The notes: a model not told the origin generated them from the sequence alone. Positions 47,034 through 57,037 are shown, numbered from the stretch's first letter. The stretch is 64,000 bases of DNA from Candidatus Paceibacter sp. (GCA_020725175.1 DYFM01000001.1:65504-129503), one strand, 5' to 3'. Translations and numbers: made by a program.

Positions 47034-47060
47034 AAACTCCCTTTGATTGGGAGTTTTTTT
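47034..47060 (+). terminator. Intrinsic terminator
   Basis: AAACTCCC-tttgatt-GGGAGTTT followed by a T run. Confidence 0.8.
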
Positions 47061-47159
47061 GCTTTTGTGGTATACTTAATTTAACTTTTTTAAAATGATT
47101 ACGTCAACTGACTTGTAAATGTTCAGCACAAATTTGGAAATTGTTATTTGTCATTTGAA

Positions 47160-47525
47160 ATGTACCTTATGTGGTTATTGGTATTTCAACGCATGATTAT
47201 AGAATTCGCTCTCGATGTGGTTTATTTTCCATTGTGGTGGTATACAGATGGTTTAAAGCGAGTGGCTGTTGGGTGTTGGCATTGGATAGAGGATGGGAAC
47301 GATCATTTTGCGCCCGGGCTATGGTTGAAGAATATGTTTGTTCCTATGTTTGGACAGTATGACTGGCAAGGAAGATTGATGAGTTTGTTCATGCGGTTTG
47401 TCAATGTAGTTGGGCGAAGTGTTGCGCTAGGAATTTGGGTTGTTATTATTGCACTTTTGTTTCTGTTGTGGGTGATTTTTCCTGTCTTTGTGATGTATAT
47501 GTTGGTGCGATCGCTTGTGATTTGA
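47160..47525 (+). CDS. Small membrane protein upstream of the Clp ATPase
   Basis: YFPLWWY..G; LWLKNMFVPMFGQYDWQGR; hydrophobic C-terminus. Start uncertain. Confidence 0.8.
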   Translation: MYLMWLLVFQRMIIEFALDVVYFPLWWYTDGLKRVAVGCWHWIEDGNDHFAPGLWLKNMFVPMFGQYDWQGRLMSLFMRFVNVVGRSVALGIWVVIIALLFLLWVIFPVFVMYMLVRSLVI

Positions 47526-47654
47526 TGAGATAGATTTTTTTTGAGCAACAGAGGGGAACGGATTACAAACGGATTAGAGCAGAACCTACGTATAAACTGC
47601 GCTCATTATGAATCATGAAAAATTAAACAGTAAAAATTTGAACTTACTTACGGT

Positions 47655-50432
47655 ATGCAATTTTTGAAACAAGCGCCGTTATCTATCTTATCTTGTTTGG
47701 AATGTCGTGGAACAGGTTATGTCGCTTATAAAAAATGTCCGGAGTGTGACGGAATGATTGCTGGGCGGTGGACGCGCGGGAGGTTTTTGTATTGGGGAGA
47801 ATCGGTGACGTCGTACCACATTGCTCTTCGAAAGGCGCGGGGTTGGCTTGATCGGTTTCATATTATTGGTGCGCTCTTGTTCGGGTTTGGGTTTTTGGGA
47901 TTATTTTTTTGGGATATAGGAAAAAGAAACGTGGGAGATCAATTGTTCACGCTTGCGTTTTGGTCTGGATCGGATGGTAATGCTCAACCGCTGTTTTGGA
48001 TGGCGGTGGTATCAGGTAGCTATCTTTTGTATCGTGTGATAGTGATGTTTCCAAAGAATGAATATGTTGAAGCATCTTCCTACGAACAGGCGGCACAGAT
48101 TGAAGATGTCCCGCGATTACTGACGTGGTCACAAATGACACGCTTGCGAAAGGCAAAACGTGTGTCTATTTCCGCTACGTTTACCCTTCAGGCAAAACAG
48201 GTCATAGAGCAGGCTTTTGTGGTGGCACGTCGTCACCAGGCTACTGAAGTGACACCAATTCATTTGTTATACGCACTTGCTTCGGCTGATTCAGTGTTGA
48301 GTGTGTTTTTGCGTCTTGGAATACCGGGTAAAACGGTGCAATCTCGCCTCGCTTCGCTGTTTTCAACCGAAACAAGAGAGGTTGAACCGGTATTTTCGGA
48401 GGACCTGTTTCAAATTCTTTTTCATGCGTATGAATATGCTTACGAAGGAAAGCAGGAACAAGTTCAGGTCACGGAACTTTTGTGGGCAACAGTGAATCAG
48501 TCGGAAGAGATTCAAGAGCTATTATATGATATGGAAGTGGATCGTGATAAACTTGAAAACGTCATTGAGTGGATGCGGATTCGCGAGCGGCTTCGTAGAC
48601 AACACAGTCGTTTTTCTCGAGCTGCGGCTGGAAGAAGTAAATATGGCATTGATAAAGCCATGACGGCTGTTGCTACACCATATTTAAATAATTTTAGTAA
48701 AGATCTTACCCTCATAGCTAAGTACGGAAACATTGACACCTGTGTGGCGCGTGATGAGGAAATTGAAGAAGTGTTTCGCATTGTAGAGGGTGGGAGGCAA
48801 AGTGTGGTGTTGGTAGGGGAGCGAGGAGTTGGCAAGCGAACGATTATTGAAGGAATTGTAGAGCGTATGATTGAGGACACGGTGCCAAAACGTTTGCGCG
48901 ATAAGCGGCTAGTCCAAATTTCTACCTCAGCCTTGTTGGCTGGAACAACGGTGGCTGGCGCACAAGAACGATTGATTCGGATGATGAATGAAATAGCCCA
49001 TGCCGGAAACGTAATTGTGTTTATCAACAACATTCATGATCTCATGAGTATTGGGACTGGCAACGGGGACAGTGGAATGGATGTGTCGGAGACGTTGGCG
49101 GAATACTTAAATTCCGGAAGATTTTTAACATTTGCGACGACAACAGTAGACGCGTATAATCGTTTTATCCTTCGTTCCGAGCTTGGAAAAACGTTGGCCC
49201 GAGTAGAAGTAAAAGAAATGGACCAAAATCAGGCTATTCAGGCATTGGAAGCAAAAGTGGGATATGAAGAATACAAGCACAATGTTTTTTTCTCTTATGA
49301 TTCACTCGCTGCTTGTGTTCGGTTATCAGGGAAATTTTTACATGATCAAGTGTTACCACAAAGTGCCTTTGCTGTTATGAGTGAAACAGCAAGCTTGGTC
49401 AGAAGTACGAGAGGAGAACATCAGTTGGTTGATCGAGATGATGTAGCTGCGATTATCAGTCAAAAAACCGGTATTCCGGTGACCACTATGACAGAAGATG
49501 AATCGGAAAAATTGTTGCGACTTGAAGAAGAAATGCACAAGCGTGTTGTGGGACAAGATGAGGCGGTCTATGTGATTGCAAACGCTCTTCGTCGTGCTCG
49601 AGCTGAGATTCGTTCCCAAAATCGTCCGATTGCCAACTTTCTTTTTCTTGGTCCAACCGGTGTAGGAAAAACAGAGCTGGCGAAAACGATCGCCGAGATT
49701 TATTTTGGTGGTGAAGATCGAATGATTCGGCTAGATATGAGTGAATATCAGGATACCGCGAGTGTGTATCGTCTCATCGGTCAACCAGGTCAACAAGGAA
49801 CCGGAATTCTCACTGAAGCGGTGCGGCAACGTCCCTTTTCGTTGGTCTTACTTGATGAAATGGAAAAGGCTGATCCAAATATCTTGAATATCTTTTTACA
49901 AGTGTTTGATGATGGCCGGTTGACGGATAGTACTGGACGAGTAATTGATTTTACCAATACCATTATTATAGCAACTTCAAACGCTGGAACAACGGTTGTC
50001 ACGGAGCAGGTAAAGGCTGGTGTGCCACTTGAAGAAATAAAAGAACAGTTGATTCGTGGAGAACTGAAGCAATACTATCGTCCGGAATTTCTCAATCGGT
50101 TTGATAGTATCGTCTTATTTAAGTCTCTCAATCGAGAAGAAATCAAGCAAATTGCCGGACTCATGTTGAAGCGTATCGAAAAAGAACTGGAAGACAGAGG
50201 GTATTTCTTGCGCGTGGAAAATGGTGCCCTGGAAGTCTTGGCCGATATTGGGTTTGACCCCGAATTTGGCGCTCGACCGATGCGACGAGCGATTCAAGAT
50301 CGGGTGGAAAATACGTTAGCGGAATTGTTGATAAGTAAATATCTGAAACGTCGGGATACTATTATTTTAGGTGATGGGCTTCGGCTGTGGATAGAGAATC
50401 CGGAGGGGAATGTGCCGGTGAAAACTAGGTGA
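47655..50432 (+). CDS. ClpA/B/C-family AAA+ ATPase with N-terminal Zn finger and TM helices
   Basis: CLEC..CPEC; two TM; Clp N repeats; D1 GERGVGKR; D2 GPTGVGKT, RLDMSEY, LLDEMEKA, RPEFLNR, GARPMRR. Confidence 0.93.
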   Translation: MQFLKQAPLSILSCLECRGTGYVAYKKCPECDGMIAGRWTRGRFLYWGESVTSYHIALRKARGWLDRFHIIGALLFGFGFLGLFFWDIGKRNVGDQLFTLAFWSGSDGNAQPLFWMAVVSGSYLLYRVIVMFPKNEYVEASSYEQAAQIEDVPRLLTWSQMTRLRKAKRVSISATFTLQAKQVIEQAFVVARRHQATEVTPIHLLYALASADSVLSVFLRLGIPGKTVQSRLASLFSTETREVEPVFSEDLFQILFHAYEYAYEGKQEQVQVTELLWATVNQSEEIQELLYDMEVDRDKLENVIEWMRIRERLRRQHSRFSRAAAGRSKYGIDKAMTAVATPYLNNFSKDLTLIAKYGNIDTCVARDEEIEEVFRIVEGGRQSVVLVGERGVGKRTIIEGIVERMIEDTVPKRLRDKRLVQISTSALLAGTTVAGAQERLIRMMNEIAHAGNVIVFINNIHDLMSIGTGNGDSGMDVSETLAEYLNSGRFLTFATTTVDAYNRFILRSELGKTLARVEVKEMDQNQAIQALEAKVGYEEYKHNVFFSYDSLAACVRLSGKFLHDQVLPQSAFAVMSETASLVRSTRGEHQLVDRDDVAAIISQKTGIPVTTMTEDESEKLLRLEEEMHKRVVGQDEAVYVIANALRRARAEIRSQNRPIANFLFLGPTGVGKTELAKTIAEIYFGGEDRMIRLDMSEYQDTASVYRLIGQPGQQGTGILTEAVRQRPFSLVLLDEMEKADPNILNIFLQVFDDGRLTDSTGRVIDFTNTIIIATSNAGTTVVTEQVKAGVPLEEIKEQLIRGELKQYYRPEFLNRFDSIVLFKSLNREEIKQIAGLMLKRIEKELEDRGYFLRVENGALEVLADIGFDPEFGARPMRRAIQDRVENTLAELLISKYLKRRDTIILGDGLRLWIENPEGNVPVKTR

Positions 50433-50631
50433 TGAAAGAAGGAGATGGGGAAATCAGTCTCCGCTTCGCTACGCCTGACAAGTTGCGAAATAACGTAATA
50501 GTGAAATAGGTGGTTTGGTTTGTTGGGACAGCGGATGGAAACGGATTTGGAAGCGGATTGGAGCGGAGGGGGTGTTGGGTGATGGTGATAGGGTGAAATT
50601 TTTTTTAAAGTGCTTCTTCTAGAGGTCGAAA

Positions 50632-50671
50632 AAAGTGAAGGCGGTCGGTATTTCCGGCCGCCTATTTTTTT
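50632..50671. terminator. GC-rich terminator hairpin
   Basis: AGGCGGTCGG-tattt-CCGGCCGCCT with a T run on + and TCACTTTTTT on minus. Confidence 0.7.
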
Positions 50672-50841
50672 CCGCCGCGGATCAGCTCGAACCGAGCCTT
50701 GCCGCGGCGGATCATCCAGCGTTGGACTGACGGCCACCCCCGTACCCAGTCCACCAGAATGGCCAAAGGCCACCATGGTGTGAGGGTAAGGAGGACGAAC
50801 GCCAGCACGAGCTGGATGATGTCCCATGTACTGTTTTCCAT
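50662..50841 (-). CDS. Unannotated 59-aa small membrane protein
   Basis: SD AAAGGAGGT 5 nt before ATG; MENSTWDIIQLVLAFVLLTLTPWWPLAILVDWVRGWPSVQRWMIRRGKARFELIRGGKK*; terminator directly after the stop. Confidence 0.7.
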   Translation of the reverse strand: MENSTWDIIQLVLAFVLLTLTPWWPLAILVDWVRGWPSVQRWMIRRGKARFELIRGGKK

Positions 50842-51060
50842 GGGCCACCTCCTTTGGTTTCATATTGCCATAGTGCGAAAGAAAATCAAAATATGGAGAT
50901 GACAATCTGTTTTGATAGAGGTGGATATTGTTTTCTGTCTTTTTTGTGATATACTTTCGGTAATTTCTTTGAGAGAAACAGATTGACATTTCTCGCTCTG
51001 TTATTTACCTTCTCTCTTTAGGTTTCAGGTCTGAAGACTTGAGTTACATGATTTCTTGTT

Positions 51061-52137
51061 ATGTTTTTCATTTATTTTTTCGCCACTTTTCTCCTTTCCT
51101 TGTTGTTTACTGCTTGGACACGGCAGATGATGAGACGGCTGAGAATCGTCGATCGAGCGAAAGCAAGTGAGCGGAAGATTCACAAAAAAACAGTTCCGCT
51201 CGGGGGTGGAATTGGTATTTTTGTCAGTTTTTTTCTCGTGATATTTCTGGCGTTATTCGTTTTTCACGATATTGGTATCGATATTGTTCCTCGATATGTA
51301 TGGGGATTGTTTATTGGTGGCTTGGTGTTACTCATTGGTGGAATACTTGATGATAAATACACCTTTAAAGCTCGATATCAAATCATTTTTCCAATTCTTG
51401 CGGCAATCGTTGTCATTGGTTTTGGTATTGGTCCACACGAAGTGACCAACCCGTTTGGCGGAGTGGTACGGCTGGACAAAATAGAAATTCCAATTGACGG
51501 ACTTGGAACATGGGTGGTGCTTGCTGACATTGTGGTATTTTTTTGGCTCATGGGAATGATGTTTACAACAAAATTTCTGGATGGTCTCGACGGACTGGTA
51601 GCCGGTATAGTGACTATTGGAGCGATTATGATTTTTTTTCTGAGTCGTCAATCACAATGGTTTCAGCCCGAAGTTGCGCTGATGTCGTCGGTGTTTGCCG
51701 GGGCGTGTCTCGGATTTTTGGTTTGGAACTGGCATCCGGCCAAGATTTTTTTGGGGGAAGGAGGAAGTTTGTTTACCGGATTTTTACTTGGATCACTGGC
51801 AATTATTTCAGGTGGAAAAATTGCGACTACTCTATTGGTCGTTGGGGTGCCAATGCTGGACGTTGCGCGGGTTATTGTGCGGAGAATTCAAAAGAAGCAA
51901 CCGTTTTACGTGGGAGATAATGAGCACTTACATTTTAAACTACTTCATTCGGGCTTATCGCAACGACAAGCAGTATTATTACTATATACCATTTCATTTT
52001 CTTTTGGAGTTACGACATTGTTTTTACAGAGTAGTCAAAAATTAGTCGCCCTATTATTTTTACTTGTTCTTATGTTATTGGTAGGAGTATGGTTTACAAA
52101 AAAAGAAACCACACAGACAAGTCATTTAAGTACGTGA
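51061..52137 (+). CDS. wecA: Undecaprenyl-phosphate GlcNAc-1-P transferase (WecA/TagO, MraY superfamily)
   Basis: VPLGGG, GILDD, FLDGLDGL, WNWHPAKIFLGEGGS, DNEHLHFKL. Confidence 0.9.
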   Translation: MFFIYFFATFLLSLLFTAWTRQMMRRLRIVDRAKASERKIHKKTVPLGGGIGIFVSFFLVIFLALFVFHDIGIDIVPRYVWGLFIGGLVLLIGGILDDKYTFKARYQIIFPILAAIVVIGFGIGPHEVTNPFGGVVRLDKIEIPIDGLGTWVVLADIVVFFWLMGMMFTTKFLDGLDGLVAGIVTIGAIMIFFLSRQSQWFQPEVALMSSVFAGACLGFLVWNWHPAKIFLGEGGSLFTGFLLGSLAIISGGKIATTLLVVGVPMLDVARVIVRRIQKKQPFYVGDNEHLHFKLLHSGLSQRQAVLLLYTISFSFGVTTLFLQSSQKLVALLFLLVLMLLVGVWFTKKETTQTSHLST

Positions 52138-52138
52138 A

Positions 52139-52666
52139 ATGAGGTATTTATCGTTTCAAGATATGTTTTTTCGAAAAAAGAACAATGAGAAATCAAAAGA
52201 GCCTAAACCATGGCATTATGCGGTACTTCTTGGTATTGTGGCAATCTCTTTTGTTGTTTGGATGTTTCAAGACAAGATGGATGTTGTTACTCTTGAAGTG
52301 AAGGATGAAAGGCTGCAGGTATTGGTTGCTTCAACATTTCAGCAACAGTACCGTGGACTTGGGGGAAGAGAATCACTGGGTGAGTATGATGGAATGTTGT
52401 TTCCGTTCGGGTATGAGGGGCGACATGCAATTGTGATGCGGGATATGCGATTTCCTATTGATATTGTATGGTTGCGATACAATGAGGTGGTTGATATTGC
52501 CCCTATGGTACCAATTGAGCCTGATGAGTCTGAACATGCGTTATTTCGTTATACGCCACGAACAGATGCCACGACTGTTCTTGAACTTGAAGCCGGGCGA
52601 GCCAGTGAGTTGGGTTTACGTATCGGAGATACAGTGCGTTTGATTGAGAATGAGTCAGTTTTGTGA
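52139..52666 (+). CDS. DUF192 domain protein
   Basis: RGLGGRESL..DGMLFPF, MRDMRFPIDIVW, VLELEAG. Confidence 0.9.
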   Translation: MRYLSFQDMFFRKKNNEKSKEPKPWHYAVLLGIVAISFVVWMFQDKMDVVTLEVKDERLQVLVASTFQQQYRGLGGRESLGEYDGMLFPFGYEGRHAIVMRDMRFPIDIVWLRYNEVVDIAPMVPIEPDESEHALFRYTPRTDATTVLELEAGRASELGLRIGDTVRLIENESVL

Positions 52667-52706
52667 TACCATGGATGTGTGATGTTTTATTTATTTCAAT
52701 ATCATT

Positions 52707-53717
52707 ATGTTAAATCAAACTCCAATTTTTGAAAAAAAGAATGTTCTTGTTACCGGTGGTGCTGGTTTTTTGGGTTCGCATTTGTGTGAGCGGTTGCTCA
52801 AGGAAGCAAAAGTGATTTGTATTGATGATTTATCAAATTCCACGATTCGTAATATTGATCATTTGCTGCAATATCCGGATTTTGAGTTTATCCGATATGA
52901 TGTCAATCAGCCAATTCATCTTGATGATTTTCCGGAATTAGCGAAATTTAAAGTGAAGTTTCAAGGAATCCAAGAAGTGTATCATCTAGCATGTCCTACC
53001 AGTCCCAAGAATTTTGAACAAAAGAAGTTGCATTCCTTATGGGCAAACTCAAGTTCCATGATTTCAACCCTTGATCTTGCTGTCAAGTATCATGCCAAAT
53101 ATGTGTTTACTTCAAGTTCGGTAGTGTATGGTCCGGCGCCAGCGAATAATACTACATTTACCGAAACTGATGAGGGGAAAGTAAACCATTTGTCCCCTCG
53201 GGGCTGTTATGACGAAGGAAAGCGGTTTGCGGAGACGTGTGTTGAGACCTATAGACAGGTGTATGGCTTGGATGCTAAGATTGCTCGAGTATTTACCACG
53301 TACGGTCCTCGGATGCGTTTGCGTGATGGGCTTTTGATTCCGGATTTCATTTTAGACGCAATCGAAAATCGAAACTTGGTAATTTATGGCGGGCCCGAAG
53401 CCAATCAATCCCTCATTTATGTAAGTGATATGGTGGACGGACTAGTGCGTCTCATGCATACGGGTCCGGATGTGCATTTGGTAAATCTTGGTTCCGATCA
53501 GGTGGTTAAAATGAATGAAGTGGCAGAGATGATCATTGCCATGACAGAATCAACGTCTTCAGTGCATTACGAAGAACCGCTTGATTACGTCTCGCAAAAA
53601 GGGATCCCCGACTTACGTCGTGCCAAAGAACACCTTGATTGGTTGCCATTGGTTCGACTTCAGGAAGGACTGAGAAAAACCATTGATTATACGATAGCGC
53701 ATAAGGAGATTATGTAG
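52707..53717 (+). CDS. NAD-dependent epimerase/dehydratase, UDP-glucuronate decarboxylase-like
   Basis: VTGGAGFLGSHL, YHLACPTSP, CYDEGKRFAE, TYGPRM. Confidence 0.92.
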   Translation: MLNQTPIFEKKNVLVTGGAGFLGSHLCERLLKEAKVICIDDLSNSTIRNIDHLLQYPDFEFIRYDVNQPIHLDDFPELAKFKVKFQGIQEVYHLACPTSPKNFEQKKLHSLWANSSSMISTLDLAVKYHAKYVFTSSSVVYGPAPANNTTFTETDEGKVNHLSPRGCYDEGKRFAETCVETYRQVYGLDAKIARVFTTYGPRMRLRDGLLIPDFILDAIENRNLVIYGGPEANQSLIYVSDMVDGLVRLMHTGPDVHLVNLGSDQVVKMNEVAEMIIAMTESTSSVHYEEPLDYVSQKGIPDLRRAKEHLDWLPLVRLQEGLRKTIDYTIAHKEIM

Positions 53718-53728
53718 ATTCGGATTGT

Positions 53729-54388
53729 ATGATTGTAGCCATAGTTCCAGCCTACAATGAAGAAAAACGCATTGGCTCCGTGGTGCGGAGTCTTTTGCAA
53801 CAGGTTGATCGGGTGGTTGTGATAGATGATTGTTCGAGTGATCAAACCTATGAAGAAGCATATTCTGCTGGTGCTGTTGTGTTACGTCATAAAATAAATA
53901 GGGGTCAGGGGGCGGCACTTGAGACCGGGCATGAGTACGCGCGAAGAGTTGGGGCTCAGTACGTGGCTCACTTTGATGGCGATGGGCAGTTTGATGCAGC
54001 TGATATCCAAAATGCGTATCAACATCTACAAAAAAACAGTGTTGATATTGTGTTTGGGTCTAGATATTTGGATGAGAAATCTACATTACCTTGGTTCAAA
54101 CGGTGTATCATTCATCCAGTGGGAAGGGTTGTCGATCGATTATTTGGTGGGTTGCGGCTAAGTGACGCGCACAATGGGTTTCGATTCATGAACAGAACCG
54201 CTCTCGAGACGCTAAGGCTTCGGCAAGATCGAATGGCACACGCGTCAGAAATTCCTGTACTGGTGCGAAAACACCGTTTGCGATATAGTGAGATTCCAGT
54301 GACGGTGACGTATCATGAATACGGTCAATCGGCACTGAGCGGATTTCAGGTGGTACAGGATTTAGTTGTCGGGCGTTTTCTAAAATAA
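53729..54388 (+). CDS. GT2 glycosyltransferase (DPM1-like)
   Basis: VPAYNEE, DDCSSD, NRGQGAA, FDGDGQF, GSRY, DAHNGFR. Confidence 0.93.
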   Translation: MIVAIVPAYNEEKRIGSVVRSLLQQVDRVVVIDDCSSDQTYEEAYSAGAVVLRHKINRGQGAALETGHEYARRVGAQYVAHFDGDGQFDAADIQNAYQHLQKNSVDIVFGSRYLDEKSTLPWFKRCIIHPVGRVVDRLFGGLRLSDAHNGFRFMNRTALETLRLRQDRMAHASEIPVLVRKHRLRYSEIPVTVTYHEYGQSALSGFQVVQDLVVGRFLK

Positions 54389-54416
54389 CTTAACTTTCTG
54401 ATTGTACAGAATACGT

Positions 54417-54758
54417 ATGATTATTCTTTTTCAAATCTTATTCTCATTTTTTTCGCTCTTCGCGATTGTCTCCGTCATAAAAAAAAGAAAAGACGGTTTG
54501 TTGGGGGTAAAAGGAATGGTGTTTTGGGTGTTGTTTTGGTTGGTAGCGGTAGTGGTAGTACTTTGGCCAAATAGTGCGACCATTATTGCTAACACGGTTG
54601 GAATTGGGCGAGGGACAGATTTGACGTTGTATATCTCAGTAGCGGCACTGTTTTTTTTACTGTTTCGCTTGCATATCAAAATTGAAGCAGTGGGGAGAGA
54701 TATTACGAAGTTGGTGCGAGAACGGGCGATAGAAGGTGTGGAAGAAAAAATTAAATAA
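54417..54758 (+). CDS. DUF2304 family membrane protein
   Basis: FWVLFW, GIGRGTD, ITKLVRERAI; follows a DPM1-like GT2. Confidence 0.88.
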   Translation: MIILFQILFSFFSLFAIVSVIKKRKDGLLGVKGMVFWVLFWLVAVVVVLWPNSATIIANTVGIGRGTDLTLYISVAALFFLLFRLHIKIEAVGRDITKLVRERAIEGVEEKIK

Positions 54759-54898
54759 TGAAATAATGAAATAACGAAATAACGAAACAAAGAAATAGTC
54801 AAATAATGATGTAATTTTGTTTTGTGTTTTGAAAAGATACCTTGCTGTTGTTTTGCGGTGAAGTGGTGAACTGTTGCAGTGTAAAAGCGTATTCATTT

Positions 54899-56092
54899 AT
54901 GAAGATAGCACATATTGTCTGTACGTATCCACCCTATTTTGGAGGAATGGGAAATGTGGTGTTTCAAATGGCCACAGAACTCAATCGACGGGGGCATGAC
55001 GTACAAGTATTCACCCCGGATTATTATGATGCGAATGAAGTGCGATCGGCGAACGCACCTGAGTCTGGTGAACACGCAGCGAAACTACAAGAACAAATAG
55101 ACTTTGCTAGGCGACTTCGTCCAAGTTTTTCCTATGGGAATGCCGCGCGAATGCCACAATTGTTGGAAGAGTTAAACGCTTTTGATCTGGTTCATCTTCA
55201 TTATCCTTTTTTTGGAACAGCCAACATTGTTCGGAGATTTAAACAACAGCATCCGGAGAAACCACTCGTGGTCACGTATCATATGGATAATCGAGCGGCT
55301 GGCTGGAAAGGACTTATTTTTTCTCTATACGCCAAGTTTTGGTTACCAAAAATTTTATCGGCCGCGGATCTATTGATTGGGAGTTCATACGACTATATTG
55401 CGGTTAGTGATGCGGTTGATTCGTATCGAACTAACCATAAAAAATGGCGAGCCATACCGTTTGGAGTTGATATTGAAAGATTTCAGCCGAGAGAAAAAAC
55501 ATTATCATTACTATCAAATCATGGTTTATTGAGTAGCGTGCCTACTATCCTATTTGTTGGCGGGATGGATGAGGCGCATTATTTTAAAGGTGTACCGGTA
55601 TTGCTGAAGGCATTTCTTTTACTGAAGAAACGAGGCATCCCTTTTCAGGGTTTGTTGGTGGGAGATGGAAGTCAACGGTCATCATTTGAAATGACTGCCG
55701 AGGCGTACGGACTATTAGGACAGGTAAAATTTGCGGGGAAAGTTACCGATGAACTGTTACCACGGTATTATAATTTGGCAGATGTGCTTGCTCTACCTTC
55801 TACCACAGCGGGAGAAGCTTTTGGAATGGTACTTCTTGAGGCGATGGCAAGTGGGGTACCGGTAGTGGCGAGTGATTTGCCAGGTGTTCGCTCTGTTGCT
55901 TCTCAAGGCGGAGAAGTGGTACCACCAAATAATCCGGTAGCACTGGCTGATATGCTGGAACTACTTTTATCATCAGAAAAAGATCGTGGAGAGTATGCAA
56001 TCCAAGCCCGCCAAGCTGTACAGAGTACGTACAATTGGAATAGTATTGGAGATTCGCTGGAGGAAGTTTATTTTTCTTTACTGAACAAATAA
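54899..56092 (+). CDS. GT4 glycosyltransferase
   Basis: YPPYFGG, HLHYP, FKGV, EAFGMVLLEAMASGVPVV. Confidence 0.95.
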   Translation: MKIAHIVCTYPPYFGGMGNVVFQMATELNRRGHDVQVFTPDYYDANEVRSANAPESGEHAAKLQEQIDFARRLRPSFSYGNAARMPQLLEELNAFDLVHLHYPFFGTANIVRRFKQQHPEKPLVVTYHMDNRAAGWKGLIFSLYAKFWLPKILSAADLLIGSSYDYIAVSDAVDSYRTNHKKWRAIPFGVDIERFQPREKTLSLLSNHGLLSSVPTILFVGGMDEAHYFKGVPVLLKAFLLLKKRGIPFQGLLVGDGSQRSSFEMTAEAYGLLGQVKFAGKVTDELLPRYYNLADVLALPSTTAGEAFGMVLLEAMASGVPVVASDLPGVRSVASQGGEVVPPNNPVALADMLELLLSSEKDRGEYAIQARQAVQSTYNWNSIGDSLEEVYFSLLNK

Positions 56093-56095
56093 CAT

Positions 56096-56443
56096 ATGAA
56101 ACCGTTTACCGGTACTGTCATTCATGGTGAAAAAATTGCTCAATCCCTTGGCTACCCTACGGCCAATTTGGATGTGCCACGAGAAAAAATTAAGCTGCGT
56201 TCCGGTGTGTACGCGGCTGAAGCGACTATTGGTTCGAGAACATTTCCGGCGGCGCTTATTTTGATGGATAAGCCGAATAAAGTGGAAGTGTATTTGTTGG
56301 ATGTAACCATGAATTTGTATGGGAAACGTGTATCAATTCGACCATATCAGAAAGTGAGTGAAATTGAGCGTTATGATTCTGCTGAACTATTGATAAAAAA
56401 AATTCAACATGATGTAGAGATGGTGAGAAGAATTTTAACTTGA
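56096..56443 (+). CDS. Stand-alone riboflavin kinase domain
   Basis: GTVIHG..LGYPTANL, GVY, EVYLLD..LYG, IQHD. Confidence 0.9.
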   Translation: MKPFTGTVIHGEKIAQSLGYPTANLDVPREKIKLRSGVYAAEATIGSRTFPAALILMDKPNKVEVYLLDVTMNLYGKRVSIRPYQKVSEIERYDSAELLIKKIQHDVEMVRRILT

Positions 56444-56569
56444 TTTTTTGTTGCCTCGTTTGGATTCTCAGCACTTTTTTATGTGGGCAGTGCGTTGACG
56501 TTTGTGGGCGCTCTTATTCTTTTGTTTATTTATCCTGTTTTATCTGAAAAACAGATGTAATGTTTTTAT

Positions 56570-57037
56570 ATGAAAACAGATTCAGCTCTTCCAAAAAAAG
56601 ACGGCTCGTCTCTCAAAGTCGGTATTGTTCGGGCGCGTTGGCATGATCGGTATACCAATTCTCTGGTTCGGGGATGTAAAAAAAGCTTACGTGCATGTGG
56701 AGTGAAACATAAACAAATAACAGTACTTGATGTGCCGGGTGCGTACGAAGTCGTGTATGGTGCGCGACATCTTATGGAAACGACAGATGTTGATGTGATT
56801 ATCTGCATCGGTGTTTTGATCAAAGGTGACACGATGCATTTTGAATATATTGCCGATGCGGTAGCGCACGGAATAATGGAACTCAATGTTGATGAAAAAG
56901 TACCGGTGATATTTGGTGTGTTGACGTGTTTGACCGATGAGCAGGCAAAGATTCGTTCAATAGGAAAACATAATCATGGACTGGGTTGGGGGCTGACTGC
57001 CGTGGAGATGGGACTACTTCATAAGTCTAACGTCTAA
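56570..57037 (+). CDS. ribH: 6,7-dimethyl-8-ribityllumazine synthase
   Basis: IVRARW, VPGAYE, GVLIKGDTMHFEYI, PVIFGVLT. Confidence 0.96.
   Translation: MKTDSALPKKDGSSLKVGIVRARWHDRYTNSLVRGCKKSLRACGVKHKQITVLDVPGAYEVVYGARHLMETTDVDVIICIGVLIKGDTMHFEYIADAVAHGIMELNVDEKVPVIFGVLTCLTDEQAKIRSIGKHNHGLGWGLTAVEMGLLHKSNV

Noticed and set aside
50294-50989. 231-aa minus-strand ORF from the track
   Set aside because: Runs across a terminator and repeat DNA, overlaps the Clp gene, and has implausible composition; the 59-aa ORF in another frame has the SD.
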